A DNA stretch of 32,000 nucleotides from NCBI RefSeq assembly GCF_012570145.1, contig NZ_CP046206.1:421918-453917 (forward strand), in the 5' to 3' direction. The stretch comes from Enterobacteriaceae endosymbiont of Donacia provostii (GTDB lineage: Bacteria > Pseudomonadota > Gammaproteobacteria > Enterobacterales > Enterobacteriaceae). Shown piece by piece: positions 19,747-30,198 of this stretch; within the stretch, counting starts at the first letter, position 1; the number at the start of each line of letters is the position of its first letter. The position numbers were made by a program, and so were the translations under genes. The notes under the pieces were generated by a model that did not search any database, was not told the origin of the DNA, and saw only the letters and a list, made by a program, of their open reading frames with translations.

Positions 19747-20994
19747 ATGTCTAAAATAAAAAAAGTAATTGGAAGAGAAATTATTGATTCTAGGGGGAAT
19801 CCTACAATTGAAGCAGAAGTTCATTTAAATAATGGTATTATTGGGATTGCTTCTGTTCCTTCTGGTGCTTCTACAGGGTCAAAAGAAGCTATAGAATTAC
19901 GTGATAATGATAAGAAAAGATTTTTAGGAAAAGGAGTTTTAAAATCAGTAAAAATTATTAATACTATTTTAAATAAATATTTAATTAATCAAAATTCATC
20001 TAATCAATCATATATTGATGAAATTATGATTAATTTAGATAATACTGAAAATAAATCTAATTTAGGAGCTAATACGATTTTAGCTGTATCTCTAGCTAAT
20101 GCTAGAGCATCTGCTTTATTTAATATAATACCATTATATCAGTATATAGGTAATCTTTATGGTATAAATAAAAATTTTTTTATGCCTATACCTATGATTA
20201 ATATTATTAATGGTGGAAAACATGCTAACAATAATTTAGATATACAAGAATTTATGATACAGCCTATTAGTGCAAAAAGTATTAAAGAAGCAATACGTTA
20301 CGGTTCAGAAATTTTTCATCATTTAGCATTTGTACTTCAACAAAATAATTTAATTACATCAGTTGGAGATGAAGGTGGGTATGCTCCTAATTTAAAAAAT
20401 AATACAGAAGCATTTGATATAATCTCAAGAGCTGTTAATAATGCTGGTTATACAATTGGTAAAGATATTACCTTTGCTATTGATTGTGCCGCATCTGAAT
20501 TATTTGATAATAATAAATATTTTTTAAAAAGTGAAAATATTCATCTTTCTTCCAAAGAATTTACACTTTTTTTACAAAATTTAATTCAAAAATATCCTAT
20601 TACTTCGATAGAAGATAGTTTAGATGAAAATGATTGGAAGGGATATATATATCAAACAAAAATATTAGGCAAAAAAATACAATTAGTAGGAGATGATTTA
20701 TTTGCCACAAATACTAAATTTTTAGAAAAAGGTATTAAAAATAAAGTTGCTAATGCTATTTTGATTAAGTTAAATCAAATTGGATCTCTTACAGAAACAT
20801 TATCTACAATAAAATTAGCTAAAAAAGCAGGATATAAAATTATTATATCTCATAGATCTGGAGAAACAGAAGATACGTTTATTGCAGATTTAGCTGTTGG
20901 TATAAACGCAGATCAAATTAAAACTGGTTCTATGAGTCGTTCTGATAGAAATGCAAAATATAATCAATTAATTAGAATTGAAGAAAAATTATAA
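19747..20994 (+). CDS. eno: Enolase
   Basis: 415 aa. [83 protein letters not shown]. Ends about 17 aa earlier than E. coli enolase. AAGGAA lies upstream. Confidence 0.97.
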   Translation: MSKIKKVIGREIIDSRGNPTIEAEVHLNNGIIGIASVPSGASTGSKEAIELRDNDKKRFLGKGVLKSVKIINTILNKYLINQNSSNQSYIDEIMINLDNTENKSNLGANTILAVSLANARASALFNIIPLYQYIGNLYGINKNFFMPIPMINIINGGKHANNNLDIQEFMIQPISAKSIKEAIRYGSEIFHHLAFVLQQNNLITSVGDEGGYAPNLKNNTEAFDIISRAVNNAGYTIGKDITFAIDCAASELFDNNKYFLKSENIHLSSKEFTLFLQNLIQKYPITSIEDSLDENDWKGYIYQTKILGKKIQLVGDDLFATNTKFLEKGIKNKVANAILIKLNQIGSLTETLSTIKLAKKAGYKIIISHRSGETEDTFIADLAVGINADQIKTGSMSRSDRNAKYNQLIRIEEKL

Positions 20995-21002
20995 AATATA
21001 TA

Positions 21003-21039
21003 ACTATGTTGATATATTCAACATAGTATACTTTTTTTT
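21003..21039 (+). terminator. Rho-independent terminator downstream of eno
   Basis: A perfect 10-bp stem, actatgttga (21003-21012) with tcaacatagt (21018-21027), includes 3 G:C pairs and a 5-nt loop. After 4 nt comes a run of 8 T (21032-21039). This is the most canonical terminator in the window. Confidence 0.65.
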
Positions 21040-21063
21040 ATTTAATAAAATAATTTATTTAAA

Positions 21064-22809
21064 ATGAATATATATAAAGAAAAAAAAATAATTTTTTGGT
21101 TAAAAAAAAACAGTTTTTTAGCAAAAGATATATTAATAATATCTTATTTTTTAAATTTTGTTAACATATGTGTATTAATAATTAAAAATTGGATGTTATC
21201 AAAACAAATAGAATTTTTATTTTTAAAAATAAATAAAAAATATAATTTTTTATATTATCAAATTATGTTTTTATGTTTATTAATAAACTTGATATTATCT
21301 ATTTTTATAGATAAATATAATTTTTTATACAGTCAAAAAATAAAAGTTATTATTAAAAAAAAAATTTTACGTAAAGTAACATCTCAATATTTTCACTATT
21401 CTAAAAAATCTTCAATTGGAAATCATTTATCTTTAATTATAAATAATATAGAAAATTTACATGATTATTATAATAAATATATACCTCAATATTTTACAGT
21501 CAAAATATCATCATTAATTATTTTAATTAATATATTTTTCATTAGTTGGATATTTGGAATAATACTAATTATTGTTAGTTTTTTAATAATATTTTTTATT
21601 GTATTAATTGGAGAAAAAACTATAAATAAAAATAAAAAAAATTTTAAAATATTATCTATTTTAAGTGGTATATTTTTTGATAGATTAAAAGGTATAGAAA
21701 CTATTAGAATATTTAATTTTCAAAAAATTGAAATAAGTAAAATGATATTATTTATTGAAAAACTTAGAAAAAAAAATCTTGAAATATTAAAAATTGTTTT
21801 TTTAACTTCTACTATTTTAGAATTTTTTTCTTCTCTTTCTTTAGCTTTTATTATTATGTATTTTAGTTTTTCATATTTACATATAATAAATTTTGGTTTT
21901 TATAATAAAAATATTAAAATAATACATAGTTTTTTTATACTTCTTATTACTTCTGAATATTTTCAAAATTTTAATAATTTAGGTTTATTATATCATATAA
22001 AATCTAAAGCTATTGGATCTGCAAATAATATTATTAAATTAATAGAAGATAAATCTATTATTTTAAATAAAAAAAAACAATTTTTTTTAAAAAAAATAAA
22101 AAAAATAAAAATTAAAGCTACTAATTTAATTGTTAAAGATAATCATGGAAATATATTAATAGGTCCTATATCTTTTAAAATATTTTCTGGTAATAATATA
22201 GTTATTACTGGTCCTAATGGATCCGGAAAAACAACATTATTTAATGTTTTTCTTGGAATTATTCCTTATGAAGGGTCTTTAAAAATAAATAATATTGAAT
22301 TTAATAAAATTAATTTATGTAGTTGGTATAAATATTTATCATGTGTACAACAAAATTCACAATTATTTGATACAACAATTAAAAAAAATTTATGTTTTTC
22401 TAAAAAAATAGATAAAATTAAAATAAAAAATATTATTGAAAAAACTCATATAATACATTTTTTAAAAAAATTACCTAACAAACTTAATACTATTATTAAT
22501 AAAGAAAATATTTGTTTATCAGTAGGACAAATTCAAAAAATTCTTATTGCTAGAGCATTAATAAAAAAACATATTTTATTATTATTAGATGAACCTATAG
22601 CTAATATAGATATTAATAGCCAATATGATATTATAAAAACAATAAAAACAAATTTATTACCTACTAATATTAGTATAACTATTACACATAATATCGATCA
22701 AATTAATTACTATAATAAAATATGGTATATGAAAAACGGAAAAATTAAAAAAATACTATTTCATAAAAATTTTTATAAAAAAAAAATTTTTTCTAAAAGA
22801 GTTTTTTAA
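21064..22809 (+). CDS. cydD: ABC exporter CydD (glutathione/cysteine export, cytochrome bd assembly), fused TMD-NBD
   Basis: 581 aa versus 588 in E. coli. Matches E. coli CydD specifically rather than MdlA or MsbA: NIENLHDYYNKYIPQ, NFKILSILSGIFFDRLKGIETIRIF, FLTSTILEFFSSLSLAFIIMYFSFSYL. Walker A GPNGSGKTT, signature LSVGQIQK, Walker B LLLLDEP. Confidence 0.85.
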   Translation: MNIYKEKKIIFWLKKNSFLAKDILIISYFLNFVNICVLIIKNWMLSKQIEFLFLKINKKYNFLYYQIMFLCLLINLILSIFIDKYNFLYSQKIKVIIKKKILRKVTSQYFHYSKKSSIGNHLSLIINNIENLHDYYNKYIPQYFTVKISSLIILINIFFISWIFGIILIIVSFLIIFFIVLIGEKTINKNKKNFKILSILSGIFFDRLKGIETIRIFNFQKIEISKMILFIEKLRKKNLEILKIVFLTSTILEFFSSLSLAFIIMYFSFSYLHIINFGFYNKNIKIIHSFFILLITSEYFQNFNNLGLLYHIKSKAIGSANNIIKLIEDKSIILNKKKQFFLKKIKKIKIKATNLIVKDNHGNILIGPISFKIFSGNNIVITGPNGSGKTTLFNVFLGIIPYEGSLKINNIEFNKINLCSWYKYLSCVQQNSQLFDTTIKKNLCFSKKIDKIKIKNIIEKTHIIHFLKKLPNKLNTIINKENICLSVGQIQKILIARALIKKHILLLLDEPIANIDINSQYDIIKTIKTNLLPTNISITITHNIDQINYYNKIWYMKNGKIKKILFHKNFYKKKIFSKRVF

Positions 22810-22810
22810 A

Positions 22811-24544
22811 ATGTTTTATTTATTTCTTTATTTTAGATATAATAACAAATTTTATAAAAAAATTATTTTAGGTTTATTATTATCTATAATTAATAATATA
22901 ATTAGTTTGTTATTAACTTTAATTTCTGGATCTTTATTAACTTATACTTTTTTAAGTGGGATAAATAATACTTACTATAATTATATAGTACCTACTATTA
23001 TGATAAGAATAATTACTATAATAAAAATTATTATTCAATATTTTGAAAAAATTATTCAACATAATAATACTTTATATTTTTTAAATAATTTAAGAATATT
23101 AATTTTTAATAAAATATTTCCTTTATATCCATCTAATTTAACTACAATATTTAATATTAAAATATTAAATATGTTAATTTCAGATATTGAAAATTTGGAT
23201 TTTTTATATATAAAAGTATTTATACCTATAATAGTAATTAGTATAATAACTATTATTGTTTTAATTTATTTAATTATTACTAATTTTATATTTTTTATAA
23301 TATTAAATATTACTATACTATTTTTAATAGTATTTTATTTTTTTTATTTTTATCAAAAGGGAAAAATTATAGGAAAAAAATATCTTCTATTAAAAGAAAA
23401 ATATTATTTTTATTTAAATAATTTTATATTACAGCATACAGAATATAAGATATTTCAAGGAATAAAATTTATATCATATAAAATTAATAATCTAGAAAAA
23501 AAATTTAAAACAATCCAATTAAAAAAACATTATTATGATATTAAATCAAAATTATTAATGAATATTATCATTAGTATTAATATACTAATAATATTATTTC
23601 TTTTTTATAAAAATCAAAATATATTAAAATATCAAATTATATTTTTTATATTATTTTTTATTACATATTATAAAATACTATTTCCTTTACATAATATATT
23701 TCAAAATATGCACGAAATATTTTTATCAGCAAAAAAAATTTTTTATTTAATAGAAAAAAAACCTAAAATAATTTTTAAAAAAAAATATGTAAAAAAAAAT
23801 CATTATTTTTATGTATTAAAAATACATAATTTATCATTTTATTTTAAAAGAAAAAATCCATATATTTTAAAAAATTTATTTTTAAATGTAAAAAAATATC
23901 AAAAAGTAGCTATTACTGGACATAATGGGAGTGGAAAATCAACATTATTTATGTTATTAACAAGAGCATGGAATCCTATAAAAGGTAAAATTTATCTAAA
24001 TGAAGATAATTTAAAAAATTGGAGTTTAAATTTATTAAGAAATAATATAAGTGTAATGACTCAAAAAATATATCTTTTTAGTGATACATTAAGAAATAAT
24101 ATTTTATTAAATAATCAAAATAATAAAAATATTAATGATGTTTATTTAAAAAAAATTTTAAAATTAGTAGGACTTGAACAATTGTTAAATAACAAAGGTT
24201 TAAATACATGGATGGGGGATGGGGGAAGATTATTATCTGGAGGGGAACTAAAAAAATTAGGTATTGCAAGAATTATTATTCACAATGGTAATTTATTATT
24301 ATTAGATGAACCTACAGAAGGATTAGATAAAAATTCATCTATTAAAATAATAAATTTAATTTTATCTATTTTTAAAAAAAAAACAATTATAATTATAACA
24401 CATAATATTAATATTTTAAAAAAAGTTAATTATATCTATTTAATGGATAATGGTTCTATAATTGAAAAAGGGAAACATAATAATTTAATAAATAAAAACA
24501 AATATTACTGTAATTATATTAAAAATAATATTATTATAAAATAA
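22811..24544 (+). CDS. cydC: ABC exporter CydC, partner of CydD
   Basis: 577 aa versus 573 in E. coli. LTRAWNPIKGKIYLNE, GLNTWMGDGGRLLSGGELKKLGIARI and LLLLDEPTEGLD align with E. coli CydC. Starts 1 nt after the cydD stop. Confidence 0.85.
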   Translation: MFYLFLYFRYNNKFYKKIILGLLLSIINNIISLLLTLISGSLLTYTFLSGINNTYYNYIVPTIMIRIITIIKIIIQYFEKIIQHNNTLYFLNNLRILIFNKIFPLYPSNLTTIFNIKILNMLISDIENLDFLYIKVFIPIIVISIITIIVLIYLIITNFIFFIILNITILFLIVFYFFYFYQKGKIIGKKYLLLKEKYYFYLNNFILQHTEYKIFQGIKFISYKINNLEKKFKTIQLKKHYYDIKSKLLMNIIISINILIILFLFYKNQNILKYQIIFFILFFITYYKILFPLHNIFQNMHEIFLSAKKIFYLIEKKPKIIFKKKYVKKNHYFYVLKIHNLSFYFKRKNPYILKNLFLNVKKYQKVAITGHNGSGKSTLFMLLTRAWNPIKGKIYLNEDNLKNWSLNLLRNNISVMTQKIYLFSDTLRNNILLNNQNNKNINDVYLKKILKLVGLEQLLNNKGLNTWMGDGGRLLSGGELKKLGIARIIIHNGNLLLLDEPTEGLDKNSSIKIINLILSIFKKKTIIIITHNINILKKVNYIYLMDNGSIIEKGKHNNLINKNKYYCNYIKNNIIIK

Positions 24545-24567
24545 TTAATATTTATAAGGAATAATTA

Positions 24568-24786
24568 ATGTCTAAAAAAGATAATATAGAAATGCAAGGT
24601 ATAGTATTAAATACCCTACCTAATACAATTTTTCATGTTAAACTAGAAAATGGACATATTATAACTGCACATATTTCAGGAAAAATGAGAAAAAATTATA
24701 TTCGTATTCTTACTGGAGATAAAGTTACAGTAGAATTGACTCCATATGATTTAGAAAAAGGTAGAATAATTTTTCGTAGTCGTTAA
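24568..24786 (+). CDS. infA: Translation initiation factor IF-1
   Basis: 72 aa, near-identical to E. coli IF-1 ([37 protein letters not shown]). AAGGAA lies upstream. Confidence 0.97.
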   Translation: MSKKDNIEMQGIVLNTLPNTIFHVKLENGHIITAHISGKMRKNYIRILTGDKVTVELTPYDLEKGRIIFRSR

Positions 24787-24808
24787 ATTTAATAATTTAT
24801 TAAATAAA

Positions 24809-25777
24809 TTAATTATTAATTTTATTTAAAAATTTTTGTGCATCTAATGCAGCTATACATCCTGTAGCAGCTGAAGTAATTGCTTGTCTATAATTTTTAT
24901 CCATAACATCACCAGCTGCAAAAATTCCAGGAATACTTGTTTGTGTAAAATTTATGTTATTTAAATTATAATTATTTGTAATAATATAACCATTTTTATC
25001 TAATTTTAATTTACCTTTAAAAAGTTTACTATTAGGAATAGTACCTATTAATATAAATACACCAAATGTAGATATATTAATAATTTTATTATTAATTAGA
25101 GAAATTATGTTAATACTATTTACTCCCTTTTCATTACCTAAAATTTCTTTTAATATAAAAGGTGTATGTAAAATTATTTTTTTTTGTTTTATTAAATTAT
25201 TTAATTTATTAAGCAATATTTTGTCAGCATTAAAAAAAGTTTTTCTATGTATTAAATGAATTTTAGAAGTAATTTTAGATAAATATATTGCTTCTTCTAT
25301 AGCTGTATTACCTCCACCAATAACTGTTACTATTTTATTATGAAAAAAAAAACCATCACAAACTGCACATGATGATACTCCTTTACCTAAAAACTTTTTT
25401 TCTGAATCTAAACCTAGATATTTTGGATTAGATCCAGTAGCAATAATAATACTATTACATATATATTGATTTAAATTACCTTCTAAAAGAAAAGGAGATT
25501 TTTTAAAATTAATAATTTTTATTATTGTATCGTTAATAATATTAGTATTAAATACTAATGTATGATTATATAAATTATCCATTAATTTTTGTCCCGATAT
25601 TTTAGGATAATTTCCAGGCCAATTTTCTATATTAAATGTTTTTGTTAATTGACCTCCAATATTATTTCCTGTTACTAAAATAGGATTTAAATTTGCTCTT
25701 GATGCATATATAGCAGCAGTATAACCAGCAGGTCCAGAACCTATAATAAGTAAACTAGTTTTTTTAATATTTTTCAT
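24809..25777 (-). CDS. trxB: Thioredoxin reductase
   Basis: 322 aa. FAD site IIGSGPAGYTAAIYA, redox centre CAVCDG, NADPH site VIGGGNTAIEEAIYL, and C-terminal GIFAAGDV. Confidence 0.95.
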   Translation of the reverse strand: MKNIKKTSLLIIGSGPAGYTAAIYASRANLNPILVTGNNIGGQLTKTFNIENWPGNYPKISGQKLMDNLYNHTLVFNTNIINDTIIKIINFKKSPFLLEGNLNQYICNSIIIATGSNPKYLGLDSEKKFLGKGVSSCAVCDGFFFHNKIVTVIGGGNTAIEEAIYLSKITSKIHLIHRKTFFNADKILLNKLNNLIKQKKIILHTPFILKEILGNEKGVNSINIISLINNKIINISTFGVFILIGTIPNSKLFKGKLKLDKNGYIITNNYNLNNINFTQTSIPGIFAAGDVMDKNYRQAITSAATGCIAALDAQKFLNKINN

Positions 25778-25918
25778 AATATTTTATTATTTGAAATATT
25801 TATAATTTTATACATAAAGTATATAACATTTAAATTCTTTTTAAAAAAATATTTATTAATAATATATATTTTATTTTGTATAATAAAATGATTATATTAT
25901 ATTTTATAGAGATAAAAT

Positions 25919-27202
25919 ATGTTAGACATAAAATTATTACGTAATAATATTAATTATGTATATAAAATATTAAAAACAAGAAATTTTCACTTAGATATTA
26001 ATTTAATTAATAAATTAGAAAAAGAAAGAAAAATTTTTCATTCTAAAATAGAAAAATTACAAATAGAAAAAAATAAAATTTCTTATATTTTATCTAAAAA
26101 AGATAATAATATTAATAATTTAAAAAAAAAATCGATTATTATTAATTGTAATATATTAAAATATAAATCTATATTAAATAATATAATAGAAAATATAAAG
26201 AATATTTATAATTCTATTCCTAATTTACCCCATGAAGATGTTCCTATAGGAAAAAATAATTTAAATAACAAAGAAATTAAAAAATGGGGGGAAATAAATA
26301 ATTTTAATTTTATAATTAAAGATCATTTAGAATTAGGTTTATTACATAATGGAATTGATATTGAATCTGGTGTTAATTTAAGTGGATCAAAATTTTTTGT
26401 ATTAAAAGGTAAAATAGCATATTTATATAGAATACTTATTCAATTTATGTTAGATATTCATATAAATCAACACAATTATCAAGAAATATATGTCCCTTAT
26501 ATAGTTAAGGAAGAAGCTTTATATGGTACTGGTCAATTACCTAAATTTAGTAAAGATCTTTTTCATATAAAAAATTTTAAAAGTAATAATAAATATAAAT
26601 ATTTTTTAATTCCTACAGCAGAAGTACCATTAACTAATTTAGTATATAATAAAATTTTAAAGGAAGATCAATTACCTATTAAATATGTTTCACATAGTCC
26701 TTGTTTTAGATCTGAAGTTGGTTCATATGGTAAATATAATAAAGGATTAATAAGAACACATCAGTTTGATAAAGTAGAATTAGTTCAATTAGTTAAACCA
26801 GAATTTTCTCATAAAAATTTAGAAGAAATTACTGCAAATGCAGAAAAAATATTACAATTATTAAATTTACCATATAGAAAAATGTTATTATGTACAGGAG
26901 ATATGAGTTTTTCTTCTAGTAAAACTTATGATTTAGAAGTATGGTTTCCTTCACAAAATCAATATTATGAAGTATCTTCATGTTCTAATATGGGGGATTT
27001 TCAATCAAGAAGAATTAAAGCTAGATATAAAAGAAAAAAAGATAATAAAATTAAATTTATACATACTTTAAATGGTTCTGGATTAGCTATTGGTAGAACA
27101 TTAGCAGCAATTATAGAAAATTATCAGTTACAAAATGGAAATATTAAAATACCTAAAATATTACAACCATACATGAATGGTATAAAATACATTAAAATAT
27201 AA
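25919..27202 (+). CDS. serS: Serine--tRNA ligase
   Basis: 427 aa versus 430 in E. coli. N-terminal coiled-coil arm and class II core (LIPTAEVPLTN, CFRSEVGSYGK, GLIRTHQFDKVE, TLNGSGLAIGRTLAAIIENYQ). Confidence 0.97.
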   Translation: MLDIKLLRNNINYVYKILKTRNFHLDINLINKLEKERKIFHSKIEKLQIEKNKISYILSKKDNNINNLKKKSIIINCNILKYKSILNNIIENIKNIYNSIPNLPHEDVPIGKNNLNNKEIKKWGEINNFNFIIKDHLELGLLHNGIDIESGVNLSGSKFFVLKGKIAYLYRILIQFMLDIHINQHNYQEIYVPYIVKEEALYGTGQLPKFSKDLFHIKNFKSNNKYKYFLIPTAEVPLTNLVYNKILKEDQLPIKYVSHSPCFRSEVGSYGKYNKGLIRTHQFDKVELVQLVKPEFSHKNLEEITANAEKILQLLNLPYRKMLLCTGDMSFSSSKTYDLEVWFPSQNQYYEVSSCSNMGDFQSRRIKARYKRKKDNKIKFIHTLNGSGLAIGRTLAAIIENYQLQNGNIKIPKILQPYMNGIKYIKI

Positions 27203-27223
27203 AAAATTTAATAATTAGTAAAA

Positions 27224-27703
27224 TTATATTTTTTGTTCAAATAAACTTTGAATAGAGCTATATAATTGAATAGTTTTAAAAAAACGAGTAGGTACTACAA
27301 AAATAGTATCATCTCCAGCAATAGTACCTAATATACCTTCTGATTTTCCTAAAGAATCTAATAGTCTTGCTATTAATTGTGCAGCTCCAGGACTTGTATG
27401 AATAATAATTAAAATGTCATTATAATCAATATCCAAAACTAAATTTTTTAATGGACTTGTTGTATTGGGAACTCCTAATTCTAAAGGGAAACAATATACC
27501 ATTTCCATTTTTGTATTTCTAATTCTAACTGCACCAAATTTAGTTAACATTCTAGACACTTTAGACTGATTAATATTACTAAATCCTTCTTCTTGTAAAG
27601 CATGAACAATTTCAGTTTGAGTACTAAATTTTTCTTTTTTTATTAAATTTTTAAATATTTTAATTAAATTAGCTTTTTTTTTTTTTGTAGAAATTATACT
27701 CAT
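27224..27703 (-). CDS. argR: Arginine repressor; start moved to the ATG at 27703
   Basis: The tracked start at 27715 is a TTG. The ATG at 27703 has GGTGA 5 nt upstream and gives 159 aa (E. coli 156). Long near-identical blocks to E. coli ArgR as I recall it: [66 protein letters not shown]. Confidence 0.9.
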   Translation of the reverse strand: MSIISTKKKKANLIKIFKNLIKKEKFSTQTEIVHALQEEGFSNINQSKVSRMLTKFGAVRIRNTKMEMVYCFPLELGVPNTTSPLKNLVLDIDYNDILIIIHTSPGAAQLIARLLDSLGKSEGILGTIAGDDTIFVVPTRFFKTIQLYSSIQSLFEQKI

Positions 27704-27952
27704 AAAATTCACCAATAAAATAAAAAAATATTTTATTTAAAATAAATAAATTTATTATACAAAATATTATTCGTATTACATAAATTATATTATTTATCTA
27801 TTATTTAGATAGAATAATTTAAAAATAAAAAGACTAATTGCATTTATTATTCAATTATATTATCATATTTTAATAAAAATATATATTTTTTTATTAAAAA
27901 ATTTAAAATAAATAATTAAATAAAATTATTTATTTTTTTAGGTATATACAAA

Positions 27953-28378
27953 ATGAATATTTTATTAAATAAAAAATTTAATCGTCAATGGTTTCTTATA
28001 AATGCAGAACAAAAAATTTTAGGAAGATTATCTAGTATGATTTCCCATTATTTAATGGGTAAACATAAAATTTTATATTCACCCTATATTGATATAGGTG
28101 ACTATATTATAGTTATAAATGCTAATAAAATTAAAATTACTGGAAATAAATTAAAAAATAAATTTTATTATAGTCACAGTGAATATTCAGGAGGTTTAAA
28201 AAAAATATCATTAGAAAAATTAATAATTAAAAATCCCTGTAAAGTTATTCAACATTCTGTAAAAGGAATGTTGCCTAAAAATAAATTAGGAATGTTAATG
28301 TTAAATAGGTTAAAGATATATAAAGGTTTAATACATAAGCATATAGCACAAAAAAATAAAATTTTAAATATTCAATAA
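27953..28378 (+). CDS. rplM: 50S ribosomal protein L13
   Basis: 141 aa. ILGRLSS, GDYIIVINANKIKITGNK, VKGMLPKNKLG. Conserved rplM-rpsI pair. Confidence 0.95.
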   Translation: MNILLNKKFNRQWFLINAEQKILGRLSSMISHYLMGKHKILYSPYIDIGDYIIVINANKIKITGNKLKNKFYYSHSEYSGGLKKISLEKLIIKNPCKVIQHSVKGMLPKNKLGMLMLNRLKIYKGLIHKHIAQKNKILNIQ

Positions 28379-28399
28379 TTATATTAAGGATATTAATGA

Positions 28400-28798
28400 A
28401 TGAATAAGATAAATTATGATTATCAAGCTACAGGAAGAAGAAAAAGAGCTTCTTCTAGAATTTTTATGAAAAATGGTAATGGTAATATTATAATTAATAA
28501 AAAAAAAATAAATGTTTTTTTTAATAGAAATACACATCGTATTATGATATTAAAACCATTAAGATTAATAGAAATGCAGAATAAATTAGATTTTTATATT
28601 ACTGTAAAGGGAGGAGGACTATCAGGACAAGCTGGAGCAATTAGGCATGGTATTACTAGAGCATTAATAAAATATGATCATTTTTTTAGAAAAATTTTAA
28701 AAAAAGCAGGTTTTATTACTAGGGATGATAGAAAAGTAGAACGTAAAAAATATGGTTTTAAAAAAGCAAGACGTAGTCCTCAATTTTCTAAACGTTAA
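28400..28798 (+). CDS. rpsI: 30S ribosomal protein S9
   Basis: 132 aa. [33 protein letters not shown], and C-terminal [17 protein letters not shown] lies upstream. Confidence 0.95.
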   Translation: MNKINYDYQATGRRKRASSRIFMKNGNGNIIINKKKINVFFNRNTHRIMILKPLRLIEMQNKLDFYITVKGGGLSGQAGAIRHGITRALIKYDHFFRKILKKAGFITRDDRKVERKKYGFKKARRSPQFSKR

Positions 28799-28857
28799 TA
28801 TTTAAAATATTTTTATTTCAAAATTAAACTTTTTTTATTAAAACTTATAGAGTTTAT

Positions 28858-30117
28858 ATGGATAAATTTTTAATTAAAGGTCCAGTACAATTAAAAGGAG
28901 AAGTTTATATTTCTGGATCTAAAAATTCTGCCTTACCTATTTTATTTGCATCTTTATTAACAACTGAATTAATAGAAATTAAAAATATTCCTAAAATTAA
29001 AGATGTAGATATAACTATTAAATTACTTTTAAATTTAGGTGTAACAATAAAAAGAGGTAAATCTTTAATAATTAAAGCAAATAATTTAAATTCACATTGT
29101 ATTCTTTCAAAAAAATTAATTAAATCAATTAGAGCTTCTATTTGGTTATTAAGTACTTTATTAGTACGTTTTAAAAAAATAAAAATGTACTTACCTGGAG
29201 GATGTTCTATAGGGAAACGACCAATTGATTTACATATTAAAAATTTAAAAAAATTAGGTGCAAAAATTAATATCAAAAATGATTTTATTATAGCATCTAT
29301 AAATAATCAGTTTAAAGGAACACATATCTTTATAAAAAAAAGTAGTGTAGGAGCTACTATTAATAGTATTTTAGCTGCAGTTTATGCTAAAAATATAACT
29401 ATTATTGAAAATGCTGCTAAAGAACCTGAAATACAAGATTTAATTAAATTTTTAAATATAATAGGTGCAAATATTAAAGTAGAGGGAACTAATAAAATTA
29501 TTATTACAGGTATTAAAAAATTATCAGGAGGTGTTTATACTATAATGTCAGATAGAATTGAAACTGGAACTTTTTTAATAGCTGCAGCTATATCTAAAGG
29601 TAAAATTATATGTAAAAATACCAATCCTAAATATTTAAATACTTTATTAAAAAAATTAATGTATATGGGTGCAATAATTAAAATAGGTAAAAATTGGTGT
29701 AGTCTTGATATGACAAATAAAAGACCTAAAGCTGTTAATATAATAACAGGTCCATATCCTAATTTTCCTACAGATATTCAACCCCAATTTACTTTATTAA
29801 ATTGTATAGCATTAGGTAAAAGTATAGTAACAGAAACCATATTTGAAAATCGTTTTATTTATATATATGAACTAATTAAGATGGGTGCTAATCTATTTAT
29901 TAAAAATAATCAAGTATTTTGTAAAGGAGTTAATATACTTTATGGAACTAAAATTCAAGCTACTGATTTAAGAGCTGCGATAAGTTTAGTGTTAGCGGGA
30001 TGTATAGCTAAAGGAATTACTATAATTAGTGATATTAATCATATCGATAGAGGATATGAAAACATAGAAAATAAATTAATTAATTTAGGTGCAAAAATTA
30101 TAAGAATAAAAAATTAA
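28858..30117 (+). CDS. murA: UDP-N-acetylglucosamine 1-carboxyvinyltransferase
   Basis: 419 aa, the same length as in E. coli. ISGSKNSALPIL, active-site Cys loop LPGGCSIGKRPIDLH, TDLRAAISLVLAG, IDRGYENIENKL. Confidence 0.97.
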   Translation: MDKFLIKGPVQLKGEVYISGSKNSALPILFASLLTTELIEIKNIPKIKDVDITIKLLLNLGVTIKRGKSLIIKANNLNSHCILSKKLIKSIRASIWLLSTLLVRFKKIKMYLPGGCSIGKRPIDLHIKNLKKLGAKINIKNDFIIASINNQFKGTHIFIKKSSVGATINSILAAVYAKNITIIENAAKEPEIQDLIKFLNIIGANIKVEGTNKIIITGIKKLSGGVYTIMSDRIETGTFLIAAAISKGKIICKNTNPKYLNTLLKKLMYMGAIIKIGKNWCSLDMTNKRPKAVNIITGPYPNFPTDIQPQFTLLNCIALGKSIVTETIFENRFIYIYELIKMGANLFIKNNQVFCKGVNILYGTKIQATDLRAAISLVLAGCIAKGITIISDINHIDRGYENIENKLINLGAKIIRIKN

Positions 30118-30198
30118 AATTATTAATATAAAAATATAATAAATATTAAATTTATAATATGTTTATATTAATCAATTTTTTATAAGGATTATACGTTA

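Noticed and set aside
19633-19824. 63-aa ORF on the minus strand.
   Set aside because: It spans the ppa-eno spacer and overlaps the well-supported eno start. The translation is low-complexity (Phe/Tyr/Ile/Lys repeats).
24788-24804. Palindrome tttaataa-t-ttattaaa in the 22-bp gap between convergent infA and trxB.
   Set aside because: It has 8-bp A/T-only arms and a 1-nt centre, so it cannot form a stable hairpin loop. It is probably compositional.
27704-27715. Tracked TTG start of argR (MVNF...).
   Set aside because: The ATG four codons downstream has a GGTGA ribosome-binding site at correct spacing and gives an E. coli-like length. The TTG extension is not excluded but is less likely.
27839-27853. 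ARG-box-like sequence TGCAT-ttatt-ATTCA upstream of argR.
   Set aside because: The half-site spacing is 5 nt rather than the canonical 4 (TGAAT-N4-ATTCA), one half-site is imperfect, and no tandem second box lies 3 bp away. It is mentioned only as a weak candidate.
28905-29276. 123-aa ORF on the minus strand.
   Set aside because: It lies entirely antisense inside murA, which is conserved over its full length. I saw no motif or start context to support it.
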